A stretch of DNA of 64,000 nt, from positions 22,880,001-22,944,000 of the forward strand of contig NW_024704742.1 in assembly GCF_018977255.1 (NCBI RefSeq), read 5' to 3'. The position numbers and the translations under genes are program-made. Shown here in pieces: positions 36,904-50,700 of this stretch; position 1 is the stretch's first letter; each line of letters starts with the position of its first letter. The notes under the pieces are model-generated. The model was not told where the DNA came from. It did not search any database and saw only the letters and a list, made by a program, of their open reading frames with translations. Source of the stretch: Callorhinchus milii (taxonomy: Eukaryota).

Positions 36904-37308
36904 CCTCACCTTTAAGGCCATCCATAGCCTTGCCCCCTCCTACCTCTCTGACCAGCTGACTCCGTACCAACCTGCCCGCTCCCTCCGTTCATCAGGCTCC
37001 GGCCTGTCCATGTCTTCCGCCCGACCCGCCCTACCATCGGTGGCCGAGCTTTCAGCCTCTCTGCCCCCAAACTCTGGAACTCCATTCCACGTTCCCTTCG
37101 CCTCGCTTTCTCCCTTGCCTCCTTCAAGGCCGGTCTCAAGACTCTTCTCTTTGACCATGCCTTTGGTCTCCCTCCCACCTCTCTGCCTTCCCTCACCCTA
37201 CACCACCCTTCCCCCAAGCTCGCGCCCCGATAGCTGACTGTTCAGTGCTTTGGGACGTCTTCACGACGTGAAAGGCACTCTACAAATGTAATTTTTGTTG
37301 TTGTTGTT
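36904..37308 (+). mobile_element. L2 LINE 3' fragment
   Basis: Matches 59.7-60.07 kb; ends ...CTACAAATGTAATTTTTGTTGTTGTTGTT. Confidence 0.9.
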
Positions 37309-37542
37309 ATTTGATTCAAAATAGTTCGTAATAGGCAGTTGACTGAATCCAGCAGAGCACTACTCTTGTTTTATGGTGTGTGAGGCCAATTTCCTTTTAT
37401 TTTTAAGGTCAGAACAGATTGGGTTTAAACTACTGAAAATGCAAATTGTTGCTCTACTTCTATTAAAATACAATAAATGTGAGGCTGCATTGAGCGAACC
37501 ATTTGTAGTACTTCTATGAACATTGGCAACACAGTGGCCTCC

Positions 37543-37803
37543 TTAATAATAATCCTTGCATTTGATATAGCGCTTTTCACGTCGGGAGGACGTCCCAAAG
37601 CGCTTCACAGAACACACTGTAAAGTGAATTGACTGTATATTTGTGGGCGAACGCGGCAGCCAATTGCGCACAGCAATGTCCCACAAACAGTCGTGGATTG
37701 AAAATGACCAATTTATTATTGTTTTTGGTTTTGGAGGGATTATTATTAGGCGTGTGGAGTAAGGAAACTTGCCCAAGGTTTCGCCCTGCCTGGAATTGAA
37801 CTC
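37543..37803 (-). mobile_element. Young SINE truncated in the tRNA head
   Basis: Reverse complement of consensus up to the B-box. Confidence 0.93.
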
Positions 37804-38009
37804 CTTCTCTATGTAAATAATATCATGCCAAAACCTCAGTGATACAAACCATGTTGCAGTATCTGTCTTCATTCTCAGCATCTTTTTAGGAAGTTAGTAT
37901 AGGCTCTGAAGGTCGAAGATAAGAAAAGAGTCAGTGTGCTCTAAATAGAATGAAACATCTTCCTTTTTGTGAGACTGGACACTGCTTTAAACATTCATTT
38001 TGGAAGAAA

Positions 38010-38240
38010 AAACAAAGGAAAGGAGTGCATATTAAATGACATTATCTTGCAAGGAGCAGCGGAGTGAAGGGATTTAGGAGTGCAGATACATAGGTTTTTG
38101 AAGCTGGCAGTGCAAGTCGAAAGGGCTGTACCGAAAAGCTGATGGTGTTCTGGGTTTTATCAATAGGGGCATGGAGTACAAAACAAAAGTAATAATGCTA
38201 AGTTTGTACAAATCATTGATCAGGCTGCAGCTGGAGTATC
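38010..38240 (+). mobile_element. CR1 LINE internal remnant
   Basis: RDLGVQIH, LGFINRGMEYK and LYKSLIRLQLEY motifs in disrupted frames. Confidence 0.72.
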
Positions 38241-38576
38241 ATCACATGTTGGAACCATTTCCTGTATTTATTGATACCAGGTGATGGTACAGTTTCAAAA
38301 ATGTACAGATGACAACAAAGCTCTCGGACCTGCAGTTTGATTATAACACAGCCGTGCTATAGAATGAGAGCACATAGGGTTTATGTGCTCTCACTCCGCA
38401 GCACTGTAGCACTCTTGTAGTTCCAAAAGGAAGTAAGTGCTTGAATCCCAACCCCAGTTCAAAAAAGCAAGTAAGGGATGTCTTCCAGGTTTGGGAGAAG
38501 ATCTCTAAGAGAAACTCCCTAATTCTCACTCCTTCCCTGTGAGTCAGCACTTGTCTTCTTTACCGTACAATGGCAG

Positions 38577-38759
38577 TGTAAGCAATCCCTGAATTCTGGA
38601 TTGTCTTAAATTGACCAAAGAAAATCGCAAAGGCTCATGGATTTGTTTACTTCACAAAAGCTGACTATATGACGCAAATGCATGAAGGCCAGGGACAATG
38701 GTTCTTTGCGATTTTCTTTGGTAAACTTAAAACAATCCAGAATTCTGGGATTGCTTACA
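38577..38759. mobile_element. 183-bp MITE-like element with 56-bp terminal inverted repeats
   Basis: 38577-38632 is the reverse complement of 38704-38759 with 4 mismatches; termini TGT...ACA; GCAG on both flanks. Confidence 0.8.
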
Positions 38760-40074
38760 GCAGAAACAAGTCACCGTTTGTAATGTGATAGGCCTTGCCA
38801 CAGACAGGGGAGATTCGCTGCCATAATCAGCCCAAGTCTCGTGTGAGCAAACCTGCATTCTACTTGGCACGTGGCAAACTCCCTCCATTCACTGACTTAA
38901 CATTAGTGCATTTCCACTATGTATGCATTACCTACCTAGAGGCTAGTCATGGATAAATGTGTCAGCCTGGCTCAGTTGGTAGCACTCTCGCTTCTGATTT
39001 AGATAGTTGTGGGTTCAAGCCCCATGTCTATTAATACTTTGCTGCCTAAAGGTATTTAAATAAAAAATCCAGAATATTAATGTATCCACATTTCTACTAT
39101 CGAGTCCTGACTTCCTTCTCTTCATGGAAAACAAAACCCTACTCTCCCAGAACCTAACCTAACAGCACAGAAATCATCGTGTCCCTTAGAATATTTGTTC
39201 ATTACATTCTTCACCTATGCCTATATCCTCTAAAATGTCCTAAGTAGAATACTTGTATGGTACAGTTCTTTGTTAGAAGAGTTAATAACGCAGCTCCGAC
39301 TACTTTTGCCAGGAGTCTGTTTCACATATCCATTGCGCTGTGTGAGCAAAAAGGTTCTTTTAATCTGTGATACTGCTTGAAAATTCATGTCTTTTAGTTC
39401 TGATCTCACATTCTACGTCATCTATGCTTCTCAGCATTTTAAAGAACTGGATTGTTCATGTCCTTGATCTTTTCTCAGACAAAAACAAGCAATGCTGCAT
39501 CATATGGGAACTCCCAACAGCCTTAGATGCCTTATAAAAGAACAATCTTAAGGTGCAACATTGACACCTTATACATGTCCTCAAATATCAAATGCAACTC
39601 AATTATCAGCTCTAGACCTAATGTCAGGTTTGGCAGAGATTTGTCAGTCATTTCTTATTGTGACAAACAGGCAGACGGATGCAAACACTAATTGAATGCC
39701 GTGACTTGTCAGTTAGAAGTAAATGCACATGCAAACAGATAAACAAGGGGATTAACAAGTCCTCTCAGACCTCCTTAAACACAATTGGCAGAAAACTTGA
39801 AACACAATCATTTAAGTGAGACATTGATGCACAATTTAATTCTGTTTACTAAGCAGCTATGAACTTTCTGTTCAGCTTTCTTTATATACTCTTTTCATTG
39901 CTGTGCCAAATATTGCCAATAAATGAACCACTGAATGGGAACTGACTGGAATGAAGCATCAATATCCACACACATCAAGTCTGAAACACGTTGACTGGTG
40001 CAGTCCAAGTGGAGAATGAAGTGGAGAAATAGTCCACAAAAGGGCACTTGGAATCAAGAAAATATAATCATTAT

Positions 40075-40510
40075 ATTTGAAGGTTGTCCAGTGATGCTTC
40101 ACTAGATTAATATCTGGGCTAGGGGGATGAAGCTATGATCATGATTATATTCCTTAGAGCAGAGGAGATTTAGGGGTGATTTGATTTAGGTATTTTAAAT
40201 AATGAAAGGAATTGATAGGTTATATAATGGGCAACCAGCAGGACCTATTACATGAGGCGAATGAAAACGAAGGAAGTAAGGGAGTTAGAACTGAGATATT
40301 TCTTCACACAGAGGGTTGTGAAGATGTAGAATGCTCTGCCTCAGAAAGCTGTAGAGGCAGCATCAATAGAGATGTTCAAAAGAGAGACTGACAGACACTT
40401 AGGTTGTAGAGGCATGATACGGCGAAGGGATGGGACATTGGGATTGAAAGATCAAGTACAGTAGTGGAATCGGCCCAATGAGCTGAATGGCCTCCTCCTA
40501 TTGTCCTTAT
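40075..40510 (+). mobile_element. CR1 LINE 3' remnant
   Basis: SLEQRRFRGDLI, FFTQRVV, NALPQKAVEA and FKRETDR motifs; 3' GAGCTGAATGGCCTCCTCC. Confidence 0.8.
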
Positions 40511-42341
40511 TATCAAACTGGTATCTGAAATGAAGTGAGCATTGCAAATGTCATTAGCTGTTCAAGTATATAGTTTACCCAGCAACCTGACTCATATTTG
40601 GGGTGGGTGGGTGCTGGAAGGGGAGCGGGAGGTGGGGACAGGATGTCAGTAGAGGGGCTAGAGGTGGCAGAGTGGATCCCTTCGACTTTGGAGGCCTGGG
40701 CCAGGGCCTGGTCTGCCTGGTTCAGTATTACAACGTATGTTCTTTACCAACTGACCCATTGAGGTAGCTCATCTTTTGATCAAACTGAGCTCTGAACTTT
40801 AGAATGGAAAACATTTGCGCTACATTCATTTTGTATCCAAATTCAAATTGAGGATTATTTGAGGTTGATCCACAGCGGTTATATAAGAAAATTGCTGACG
40901 TAAATATGGTATTGGGAACAGCCTAATTTGGGGGGAGTGAACCAAAAAAACACTAAATTATGTGTGTTCATGAAATCTGAAATGTGCCATTTTGTCATTA
41001 TCACTTCTGTATTTCCAGAAGGAACAAATTAATTCACGTTTCACCAAGATGTTTCACCTTACAGTTTGATTTACTGCGTTAGTCGAAGCCAAGTGAACCA
41101 GTTCTGCTTTTAAAAAAATGATTGTCAAGTTATCAAAACTGAACTTATCAAGTATGAAGCTGTGAACCTGGGGGTCAGTTTATTGACATATTTAATCTAC
41201 CCGGGTCAATGTCAGGCAGACACCTCTTGACACTGCTCTCACTAGTCATGACAGTGCAGTCAGCTTCTGCTTCGCAGATTCTGACCTTTGACTAATAGCT
41301 TTTGGGATACCAGCATTGACAACTTACATTTGTAAAGTGTCCTTCATGTAGGTTAATATCTAAGAGTGCTTCACAGTGGCAAGGGAAAAGGGGAGTGGGA
41401 ATTGACACACATCAAAAGCACTCACGGCAACTAATGTCCTGCTAACCAAAGGTTGGAATTCATTGCTGATCTTAAAATCTAGTCTGATCATCAAAGCCAT
41501 GGACCCAGCTTCACGGGCATCATCATTGAGCTACACTCTCGACATGGTAGACATTAAGTGTTTCACTAAATTGACTCCTTTTTAATGTTTACACAAATTC
41601 CTACAGTAGGAGCTCTTTGTTCCCTGTTTAATAGCTGTACATGCTATGTCCAGACTTCACGCAATGTTCAACACTGAGAGGCTTAACCTCTGAAGTACGG
41701 TGTTATAGCACAAGCACAGAAAGAGTTAAAGATATCTCCAAACAGTTAGTTACTAAAGTCCTGTTGCTGTACCAAACTTTCTGATTTGTTTGGCAAGTGC
41801 GGAGCTGATTGCCTTGAAGGTTCTGGAGAAAGTTTCTCAGTGCCGTGTTGGTTTAAAGAACAAGAGGCAGGATGTGCTGTACTATCCAGAGTTTCTTTTG
41901 CACACAGTTGCAATTTGGATGTTATTTGTTAAACTTACTAGCCGATAACATTAATAAGAAAAGATCCCACAAAGCTGGTATTGTTTCCCTGCACGTCTAG
42001 ACTGAACAATGCACAGTGGCCTCTTCACGTTAAGACATTATCTTATGTGATATATCATATCTTCAAAATAAGAACAACAATAGAGCAGGAAGTGAAGGGG
42101 AGCATTTTTAAGTGAAAGTTGTGTGTAACAAACTGTGAGCACAGGTGGTGAAACGAGGAACTAACTTTGTATGAAAGGTTCGGTAAAGAGAACTCAACAA
42201 GTGGTTCGTGGGTGTAATTACATTCGTCAAGAAAATATTACCAAACTCTGGAAAAAGTAATAATAATAATTCTTACATTTAGTAGAGTGCCTTTCACGTT
42301 GGGAGCATGTCCCAAAGCGCTTCACAGGATATACTGTGAAG

Positions 42342-42588
42342 TAGGGTGACCATACGTCCCTGATTCCCAGGGACAGTTCCTGGATGTGTATTGTGTCCCT
42401 GGGGCCAAATCTGCCCTGTCTTGAGTTCAGAAACAAGCAAGAACAATAAAATTCTAAAACTCATCAGAGAAATACAGCTACTAATCAAACAAGCTTTTCC
42501 AGTACTGGCAGCATCAGGAATTGTGGTGAGTTAAATTTTTATATATATGTGTGTCCACAGATTCGGTTTACAAAATATGGTCACCCTG
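42342..42588. mobile_element. Non-autonomous hAT (Blackjack/MER81-MER94-like) element
   Basis: 12-bp perfect TIRs AGGGTGACCATA (42343-42354) / TATGGTCACCCT (42576-42587), followed by CGTCCC...GGGACAG as recalled for Blackjack-type ends; no intact 8-bp TSD. Confidence 0.7.
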
Positions 42589-43554
42589 TTATATCTAAAA
42601 TGTACCTTGGGAAGTACTTTCGATGTGAAAGGCGCTAAGTAAATGTAATTTTGTTGTTGTTGTATTTACAGTGTCGGAGGCCATTTGGCCCATCGCTCAG
42701 AAGAATCCTAGCTACAGTTAGAGATGGGTTGGCAGGTTGAAGCCACGTTCTGTGATCACTGGTTAGTGAAATAAGTTATTGTGATGGGTTAATTTCTCTC
42801 CCCCCTCCCTATTTGTTCATGTGATTGCCTCACAGTGAGCGTTTGCATAGTGTGATCAGCTGTTGTACAATTTGTACGCAGTGCACATATTTTTGTGAAA
42901 CAAAATCTATGTCTCATTAATTGGCCGTTCATCTCATTGTTATTTTAGGAAGTTGTTGGTGTAAATTAACTGCTACATTTGCCTCCTTAACAAAATTCAC
43001 TTAATTTCTAATTAATCTCATCTGTAAAGTGCTTTGAGATAAGACCTTACATAAATTTAAGTTGTGATCTAAAATGTAACTGAAGTAACTTTGCTCTTGC
43101 ATTTTAGATTTACTTTACTGGAAATCTTAACAAGTTAATCCTATATGGACAAAGTATAGAAGAGCTACACTGGGTTCAGAATAGTTTCTTTAATTTGTAA
43201 AACCACGATTAAACATGAGAGTTGCCAAGAAAAGTGAGTGATTTCCATTGTATAACTCGGTTTGGCTTGTGTCCAACTGAGTAAAGTTGCTGGTGTTACA
43301 CACTGGCTTTTTGGAAGCTATGATTCAGCTATAATGTTACAGTTATGATGTTATATACATGACAGGCTTTAGTTTCCTTCAGATTTTTACTTTAGAATGG
43401 AAACACAATTCTTGTATCCTCCTATGAATGACAATAACCTCCCATTATTTCAATCAACATATTTCAGCTTCTCTTTCAACTGTGATTAGCATTCTTTTAA
43501 TGTTATTGAGACTGTCGATATGTATTATATCTAAAATGTTCGTAGTTATAGGTT

Positions 43555-43886
43555 TCAGCCTGGTAGCACTCTGGGTCAGAAATTGTAGATTCAAGTCCCA
43601 GGTCAGAACTTTAAGTTTACAGTCGAGTCTGACATTCCAGTCCAGTGCTGGGGAGAGTTACATTTGTTAGCAGTACCATCCTTTGGATAAGCTTCTCCCA
43701 GTGTCTTGGTCAACAATCCTCTAGATAAAATGTTCATTCAAATCATGGTTGTTTGTGGGACCTTTGCTCTTTACAAATTGCCTGATGCATTTTGCTGACA
43801 AAGTCATCACATTTTACGAGAAATTTGTGAAGTCCTTTGGGACATTCTTGACATTGTATATCAAACGCAAGAAGTAGTATTATTAT
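43555..43886 (+). mobile_element. Old DeuSINE, degraded
   Basis: tRNA-like head (GGTAGCACTCT...TTCAAGTCCCA), CTGACATTCCAGTCCAGTGCTG, core TTGTGGGACC and tail. Confidence 0.6.
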
Positions 43887-43963
43887 TCCTGATTTCAAGG
43901 AAGATTGCAATTTATTTCTGGGGTTCATCCACAAACTACTCAACTTCACTTTCATGTTCTGTC

Positions 43964-44390
43964 AACAACAACAATAAATTGCATTTAAATAGGGCCTTTC
44001 TCATCATTAGGATGTCCCAAAGAGCTGAAAAATGAGAGGTTTGCACCTGAGCTATGGGTTGAGATCAGAGAGGAGTGGAGGGCAAGGGAAGTGGAGGAGG
44101 GAAGATAACCAAAGACATGGTCGAAAAGGTAAGTCTTGAAATGGGATGTGAAGGAGGCAAGAGAGGGGGCAATATAAAAGAGCTCAGGGATGGAGTTCCA
44201 GAGGATGGGGGTAGAAAGGCTAAAGGCAACAGTGAATAGGCAGGGCGAGGTACATGGAGCAGGCATGTGCCTGCAGAGCAGAGGGTGCGGACAGGTTGGT
44301 GAAAGTTTAATAGGTCACAGAGGTAGGAAAGAGCGAGACCGTGGTGGGCTTTAAAGGTGAGGACAAGGATCTGGAACTCGATCCTCTATC
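43964..44390 (-). mobile_element. L2 LINE 3' fragment
   Basis: Minus ORF ..LWNSIPE..IAPSLASFTSHFKTYLFD; (CAA)n tail. Confidence 0.86.
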
Positions 44391-44544
44391 ACCTCCTTCA
44401 GTAGAGCCTCAGTCTTGTGTGAACAGGTTGTAGCTCTGTGCGAGATCTCAGAATGCTGCAAGGCTGAGGGGAACCTACCTAAGTTGCGTTCATCGACTTC
44501 CGCAAGGCTTTCGACCTAGTGCCTCATGAGGCCTCATGGTGAAA

Positions 44545-44800
44545 CTGTTAACCCTGCAAGCCAAAGCTCCAAACAGTAAGGTGATGGTAGCTGGACAAGC
44601 AGCGGGAAAGCTTGCCGGACAGCAATATCAATGACAAGCTATGCGATTTTAGCTGGTTAGACTCCAGCAGAACCCAGCGCACACTCTGGGGTCCCCAAGC
44701 CTTGGCTCTTGCCAACCTGCGTCTAATACTTTCTGGAATTAGGTAAGGAGGATGTGTCCCTCCAGGGAGAGGGTGCACATTCCATTCCAACAATCTATCT
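44545..44800 (-). mobile_element. Unidentified dispersed repeat (copy 2), abutting a short RT fragment at 44489-44530 (FIDFRKAFDLVPHE, + strand)
   Basis: YLIPESIRRRLARAKAWG matches YLIPENIECQLARAKA*G at 56.97 kb. Confidence 0.6.
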
Positions 44801-46821
44801 CTGGGATTTCTAATGGTTAGGTGGGATGCACGGAATTCTCAGTTTGGTTTTCATACTTTTAAGCATGGTGATAGGTTTCTGCATGTGTCAGACACTTGGC
44901 TGTCAGAATATTATTTCTTCTGACCATAGTTCTAACTATTGTGCTTCGTTGGAGTGTTGCCCAGGAAGATGGTCTGCCCCAGATTGTTTTCCTGGCAGAC
45001 AGGAAATTACATTGCAACCACATTTTTAAAATAAAAATACCATTGACGTTAAGAAAAGAAATGTAATATTCCTTATGTTTTATTTTTGTGTATCTGTGAT
45101 ACAGGGTACACTTAATGCAGCATAAAACAATGTTAACATCAGCATGACCGGTGAACTCTTGTGAAACCAGAATTCAGATAGAGTTATTCTTTAAGATACC
45201 TCCTTTAGGATAAGGACCCAGCTGTGCTCCAGTAGATTCAAAAGCAAAACCTTTTCCCTATCTTGGCTCTGGTTTTAAAACAAATCCAAGTACCCTGCTG
45301 CACATCTTATGTAAAGGAGTGTTAGGTTATAATTGGTGTTAAAAGCAGCAACATCTTAATGCTGCAAATCTATCATCAGCAATCTGGCAATTAAAAATAT
45401 GCAATGTACACTAATTTGTGTTATTTCCCACCAATGAACTGTGGATTATCACTTGACAAGCTCATAGTCATTACATAACAAATTCAGTCTTCCAGCGTGA
45501 TTGTAGCCAACACAAAGTGCAAAGCTCATCTGCACACATTGTCACATCCACTGTTGCCAAACATTGCCAAACAAACTGACTGAACCTGGTAAAACCTCTC
45601 CAATGAATGAATGAATAGTTGGCATTGATGCAATATCAGATCATCATTGTAAACTTCACAAACTTTATTTATTTGTTTAAATGCAAGTTGTTGTTTTTGT
45701 AAACTTCCCTTGGCAATTCATGCCTCATTGAGCAGATCACCTTTTAACTAGTGATGTTGATAATTCTCCAGAAACATTTCTATTAAAACAACCGTGAGTA
45801 GTCTAAAAACTCTTGTAGTTAGAAATTCCGTGGCATTTCTCTATCGGCAAAATAATTCAAAAGTAATGGAGTTTGTGGAAAACATTGAAGTCATATTTTG
45901 AGAAAATATATTGAATTCCGTAAAATTACTTGCTGCATAAAGTATCAAAATTGCTATGAGAGTTCAATCTGGGCCTGCTCTTGATTTCACCTGAGGTAGG
46001 CAGCGATTCAAAGGTAATGCAAAACGTTGAGCATTTTGCATGTTTTTCTTGCATTCCTGGGACATATAAATATGATTAGTAGGATCAGGTATATAGTACC
46101 AAACATGAGCACCAACAGGAGTAGAACAAACAATCGGAAAAATGTTCAACAATGCTTGTCTAAGGTAAGTGCTTGCTAGCAGGACTTTACTAGGTATCTG
46201 TAATGTGGGAGATTATCCACCTAAATGTGTGCTTGTCTCTCAGATAATGCTGACCCAAAAGTGTTTTAATATACTGGAGATAATGAGCATTTGTGAGTTG
46301 AAGTGGTCTTTCCACACACCAGACTTGTCTTTCTTTCTCATGATCTGTTCAACAATAGGAATGGAAAGTGTTTGTCACTTTTGTGTTGATCAAGATGTGG
46401 GAGAGAAAAAAGAGTCGTACAAACAATTGGAAGAAAAAAGTGCAAGAAAAAATATATAAGAGATAGAGCGAGAGAACGACGGGCTGGCAAGGTGCAGTAC
46501 GACAGTAATTGTGTAAGTTCTGATGAAACAATATTTTGGTTGGCACTGTAGCTAATTTGCATTTTATGTGACATCCAATTATCCACATTGTTTGCTTATC
46601 CACAATAGGATGAGTCCCAAATAGTATGGTGAACAGTTCTGTATTTGCTAGGTTAGGAGGTGATTGAATCTAATTTATGTTCTCTCTTTGTGGGAAGTGC
46701 ACAGCCTCTGTCCTACACCTCTCTCTGCCTGCTGTACAGTTGAAACAAACAATTTATTATGTGAGGAATTGGGAACCACAACACTTGTATTATGTTGTAT
46801 AAGAATAATAATAGAAATAAG

Positions 46822-47220
46822 AGTAATCCTTGCATTTGGTAGAGTACCTTATCACATTGTCAAGACATCTCAAAGCACTTCAAAGAATTTACTCTAAAGG
46901 GTATTGACTGTTTATTTTGTATGTGAACACAGCAGCTCATTTGCACAAAGCATTGTCCCATAAACAGCCAATAAAGTGAACGACCAATATTATCTGGGAG
47001 ATTAATGACCAGGACAAACTCCCTTCTCTTTTACAATAGTATAATGGATCTTTAATATGCTGAACAGGCAGACATGACATGACCTATGTATAATATATCA
47101 TCCAAAGGGCGGCACCTCTGGAAATGCAATGTTCCCTCAGTGCTGCACTATAAGACTCAATGTCCTGACATGGGACTTGAACCCACAAGAGACAAGAGTA
47201 CTACAAACTGAGCCAGGCTG
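46822..47220 (-). mobile_element. Old DeuSINE, near full length
   Basis: Reverse-complement tail, core, GGATCTTTAA, TCCCTCAGTGCTGCACT and head (GGGACTTGAACCCACA...ACTGAGCCAGGCTGA). Confidence 0.75.
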
Positions 47221-47547
47221 AAAAACATACATTCCTCAGTCAGTACAAGTATTCACTGACCTGTATCTGAGACAGTCAGAACACAGGATTGTCAGTGATT
47301 TGACTGCTTCCCACTTGCCTGAAGCCCTCCCATTGGTATCACATTTAAACATCTTTGTATAACTTAATTTTATTGAAACTGTTTAAAAAGTCATTACAAA
47401 ATTCTGTGTGTGTATATTAACTTGCTGTTCACGTTTTATTCTCCCACAGAGATGAAAGGTAAGGGAGTACGCAAGAGACATGAAAGGCGGAGGGAAGGCT
47501 TTACAAGACACAGGAGGTAGTCTGAAATTTCATCCAATTTTAACCCA

Positions 47548-47730
47548 TGAGACCATTTTGCCTTACAATTTGAAATCATGCAGAATTGTAGAAAAATTTA
47601 GAAAATCTTCTAAATTTGGAAGCTGGCTTCTTTTTAAAAAATGTGGAAAAACTGAGATCCAAATTGAGACCAAATTTATGAATTTTCCACAATTCTTCAC
47701 GAGCTTCAATTTTAAGACAAAATGGTCTCA
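47548..47730. mobile_element. Old palindromic MITE-like repeat (best-preserved copy of a family)
   Basis: TGAGACCATTTTGCCTTACAATT... versus ...AATTTTAAGACAAAATGGTCTCA; related copies near 9.0, 10.8, 35.6 and 52.1 kb. Confidence 0.65.
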
Positions 47731-50700
47731 AAGGATGAAGCAAGGTGGAATTTGGGGATTCAGAGAGGATGGAAAGAACCTAAGAGGGATGAAGAAGGAG
47801 ACTTTCATACATTCACTAAGTGACTTTACCCTTCTGAAAGGCCGATGCTTTGTGATAAATATTAATTTGCACCATTAATCTTGTGATGGATGTCGCTCCT
47901 CTTGCCCTCTATTGTGACTGATCAGAAATGTCTGTATCTTAAGGTGAGAGAGATAGGAAGGAAACACTGTAATATTCATCTGGGTTTTTGATGTGCCAAG
48001 AATTTTCCAGAAATATCAATCAAATTTTTTCATAATTCCTTTAATTTTAAGAAAGTGGTCTTGAAGCTAAGAACATTTGCCCCCATCCCCCCCTTCGCCA
48101 CCACACCTGTTGGTATGCTGGTAGTGAATATTTGTGAACTTTGCCATTCGTCCAACAAAATCAAATCTTTGTGTCCACACATTTATAACTTACTATGATT
48201 TTCAGTGCCAAAATAATGTTGGTGACATCAGGAACACTTGAAAAAAATGAGTTGCTTGAGGTAAGGCGGATTTGGCTACCAGCTTCCTTCTCCCGCAGGT
48301 GTAAATTTAGCAGCATTCAATTGATGCCACAGCTTCTTAGGGAGGGGCAGCATAGTCCATTGATGCATTCATATACTCTGCTACAATTTCACCATATGGT
48401 TTTGTTTTCCACACTATAGGGTATGTCTAGTTCTCGCCAGTCATATTAAATGCCTTGCAATTTGAAATAAACATATAAAGGGTAAGGATTGTAAACTTAT
48501 ACACCCAGTATTTGCAAATTATAATACTAAAAATACTGCGTGGAAAGTTTTGTGATATTAAGATGAAATTTGTGGTGTCTCATTATTACATTTGATGTGA
48601 TCACATTGAACCACAAAACCGTTCAAATCAACAACATAGCAGGAAGCCATTTGACCATTCGTATTAGCGTCAGTGTTTTCTCTTCCAAAAAATGACAACC
48701 ATCCCAATCCTGATTCCCTGCTCTTTTGTTTTAGCTTCTAGTACTCTTCCTCTACAGTTGATTGTGCAATTCCGTTTTAACTTCTCTTTTAAATTCCACA
48801 AGTAAGTTTGTTCTAAGCAAAACCATTTTAGCAGAATAAAGTTCTGCTGTGATCTAGGTTTGCAAACACAAAACAATAAACTTTTGTTGAAAGTTGATCC
48901 CCTTTCGTTGGCTCTATTTAATTGGTCCTTATTTTCTTAAAGGGTATCTAACACCCCACAGTCTTAAATTAATGAGTTTATTCAACTATGCAATTCGATA
49001 GGTGCTACTTTAACTTAAGATCTAGTCTAGTCTCCTGGCTCTTGTGTTCTGAGAGCACCTTTAGAACTGCACATGTATCAGAGCCATTATCAATGACCTG
49101 CCACACAGGAGTGACACATGCATTGAGATATGAGCTACATTTCCTCTCCTCGCTCAGAATATAAGTGACAAGAATTATAAAACTAGTTTTTTATTAAAAA
49201 TACAATGCAGTAACATTTACATTTATATAGTTACTTTCACATCAGAAGGACATCTCAAAGAGCTTCACACTGTTGGATGAGCACCTGAGCTGGGAGTGGG
49301 AGCCGAGAGGGTGGGGAGGGATAAGAAGGTCAAAGAAGATTGCTTTGAGAAGAAGCTCAGGCATGTTTGGGGGTGGGGAGCTTACAAGAGAAATGTAGGA
49401 TACAAGCTAGATGTTAAACTGGAGCCCTGTCTGCCTGTTGCGGTGGATACTAAAGATTCCATGGCAAAAGAGAAGGGAGTTTTTTCCCAGTGTTTTGGCC
49501 AGTCTACTAGATTAAACAACAAATGGTCAGTTGCTTCATGGCTGTTTGTGACACACTGTTGAGAAACGCTTTGAGACATAAGTAAGGCACTATATCAAAT
49601 GTAAAGATTATTATTGTTTCACCAAATAATTGCAAGTTTTCCCAGAACAATCTAGCTTGTGATATTGTAAGGATTCTTGTTGGAATTCCCATTGATCTGC
49701 AGAGGCTTCCTGCTCTGGAAATAGATTGTGTCAGAGCAGAGCTTCTACAGGTCAATAACATTATTATTGGAAGGAGGCCTTACTTGAGTATTTCCTTATG
49801 AATGAATCCTATTAAGAAAACCTACAGATCACACTCCCATTAATATCAACTGCAAAGCGACTCTCTCTAACAGACTTGAAATGAGAATCACGCTGCAGTG
49901 TAAAAGATAACAAAACCTTCTTTGAACAAAGATGGCAATGGAATTCCTTCCCCTTCTGCATTTTCTCCAGCTCCATTCCCCCTACCCACCCATCCACATC
50001 CTGACCTAATTTCTCTGTTGAGGTTATATAAGGACATGGGCAAAAGGCTCCACAGAGTTCCTCTCTGTGATCAGGAAAACAGCTCAGCAGGATAATTTCA
50101 GTAGAGTGTGCGCTACTCTGGTTCAATCTTTCAAAGCTCTTGTTTCTCTCAAAGTTAGTGGCGACCAGGCACCTCCCACAAGAGGAAGGGAATAACAGTG
50201 GAAAAGTTCCACAATTTACCTTAAGAAAGTGAAAAAAACAAAGTTCTTACCTCTCCTAAAAAGCATTTGTATGAATTTGGGGATTAGCCAGTCAACCTAT
50301 ATTTTGCCCCCCATGTTACGTTCTCAACAATCAATTTGTAGAAAATGTCCTTATTCTCAGCTCACTGGTTACAAATCCAACCCAAAGCCCTCTAGTCATT
50401 TCTTCCTGCTTTTCTACCCCCTGATCCCCTTTTGTTGGTTCTATTTAATTGGTCCTTATTTTCTTAAAGGGCATCTAACACCCCACGGTCTTAAATTAAT
50501 GAGTTTATTCAGAAATTCGTTGTTCAAAATAGCCCTGTGGATTTCAGATTTTATAGCTGCACAGAATGGGCTGGAGTCCCAGAACCACATCCAAAACAGT
50601 AACCAGATTTCAGTGATATGAAACATGCATCTATTTTAACAGCACAGTCAAAGTCAAGTCAACATAACTTTGACTGAAAAATGATGACCTTCCAAAACAA

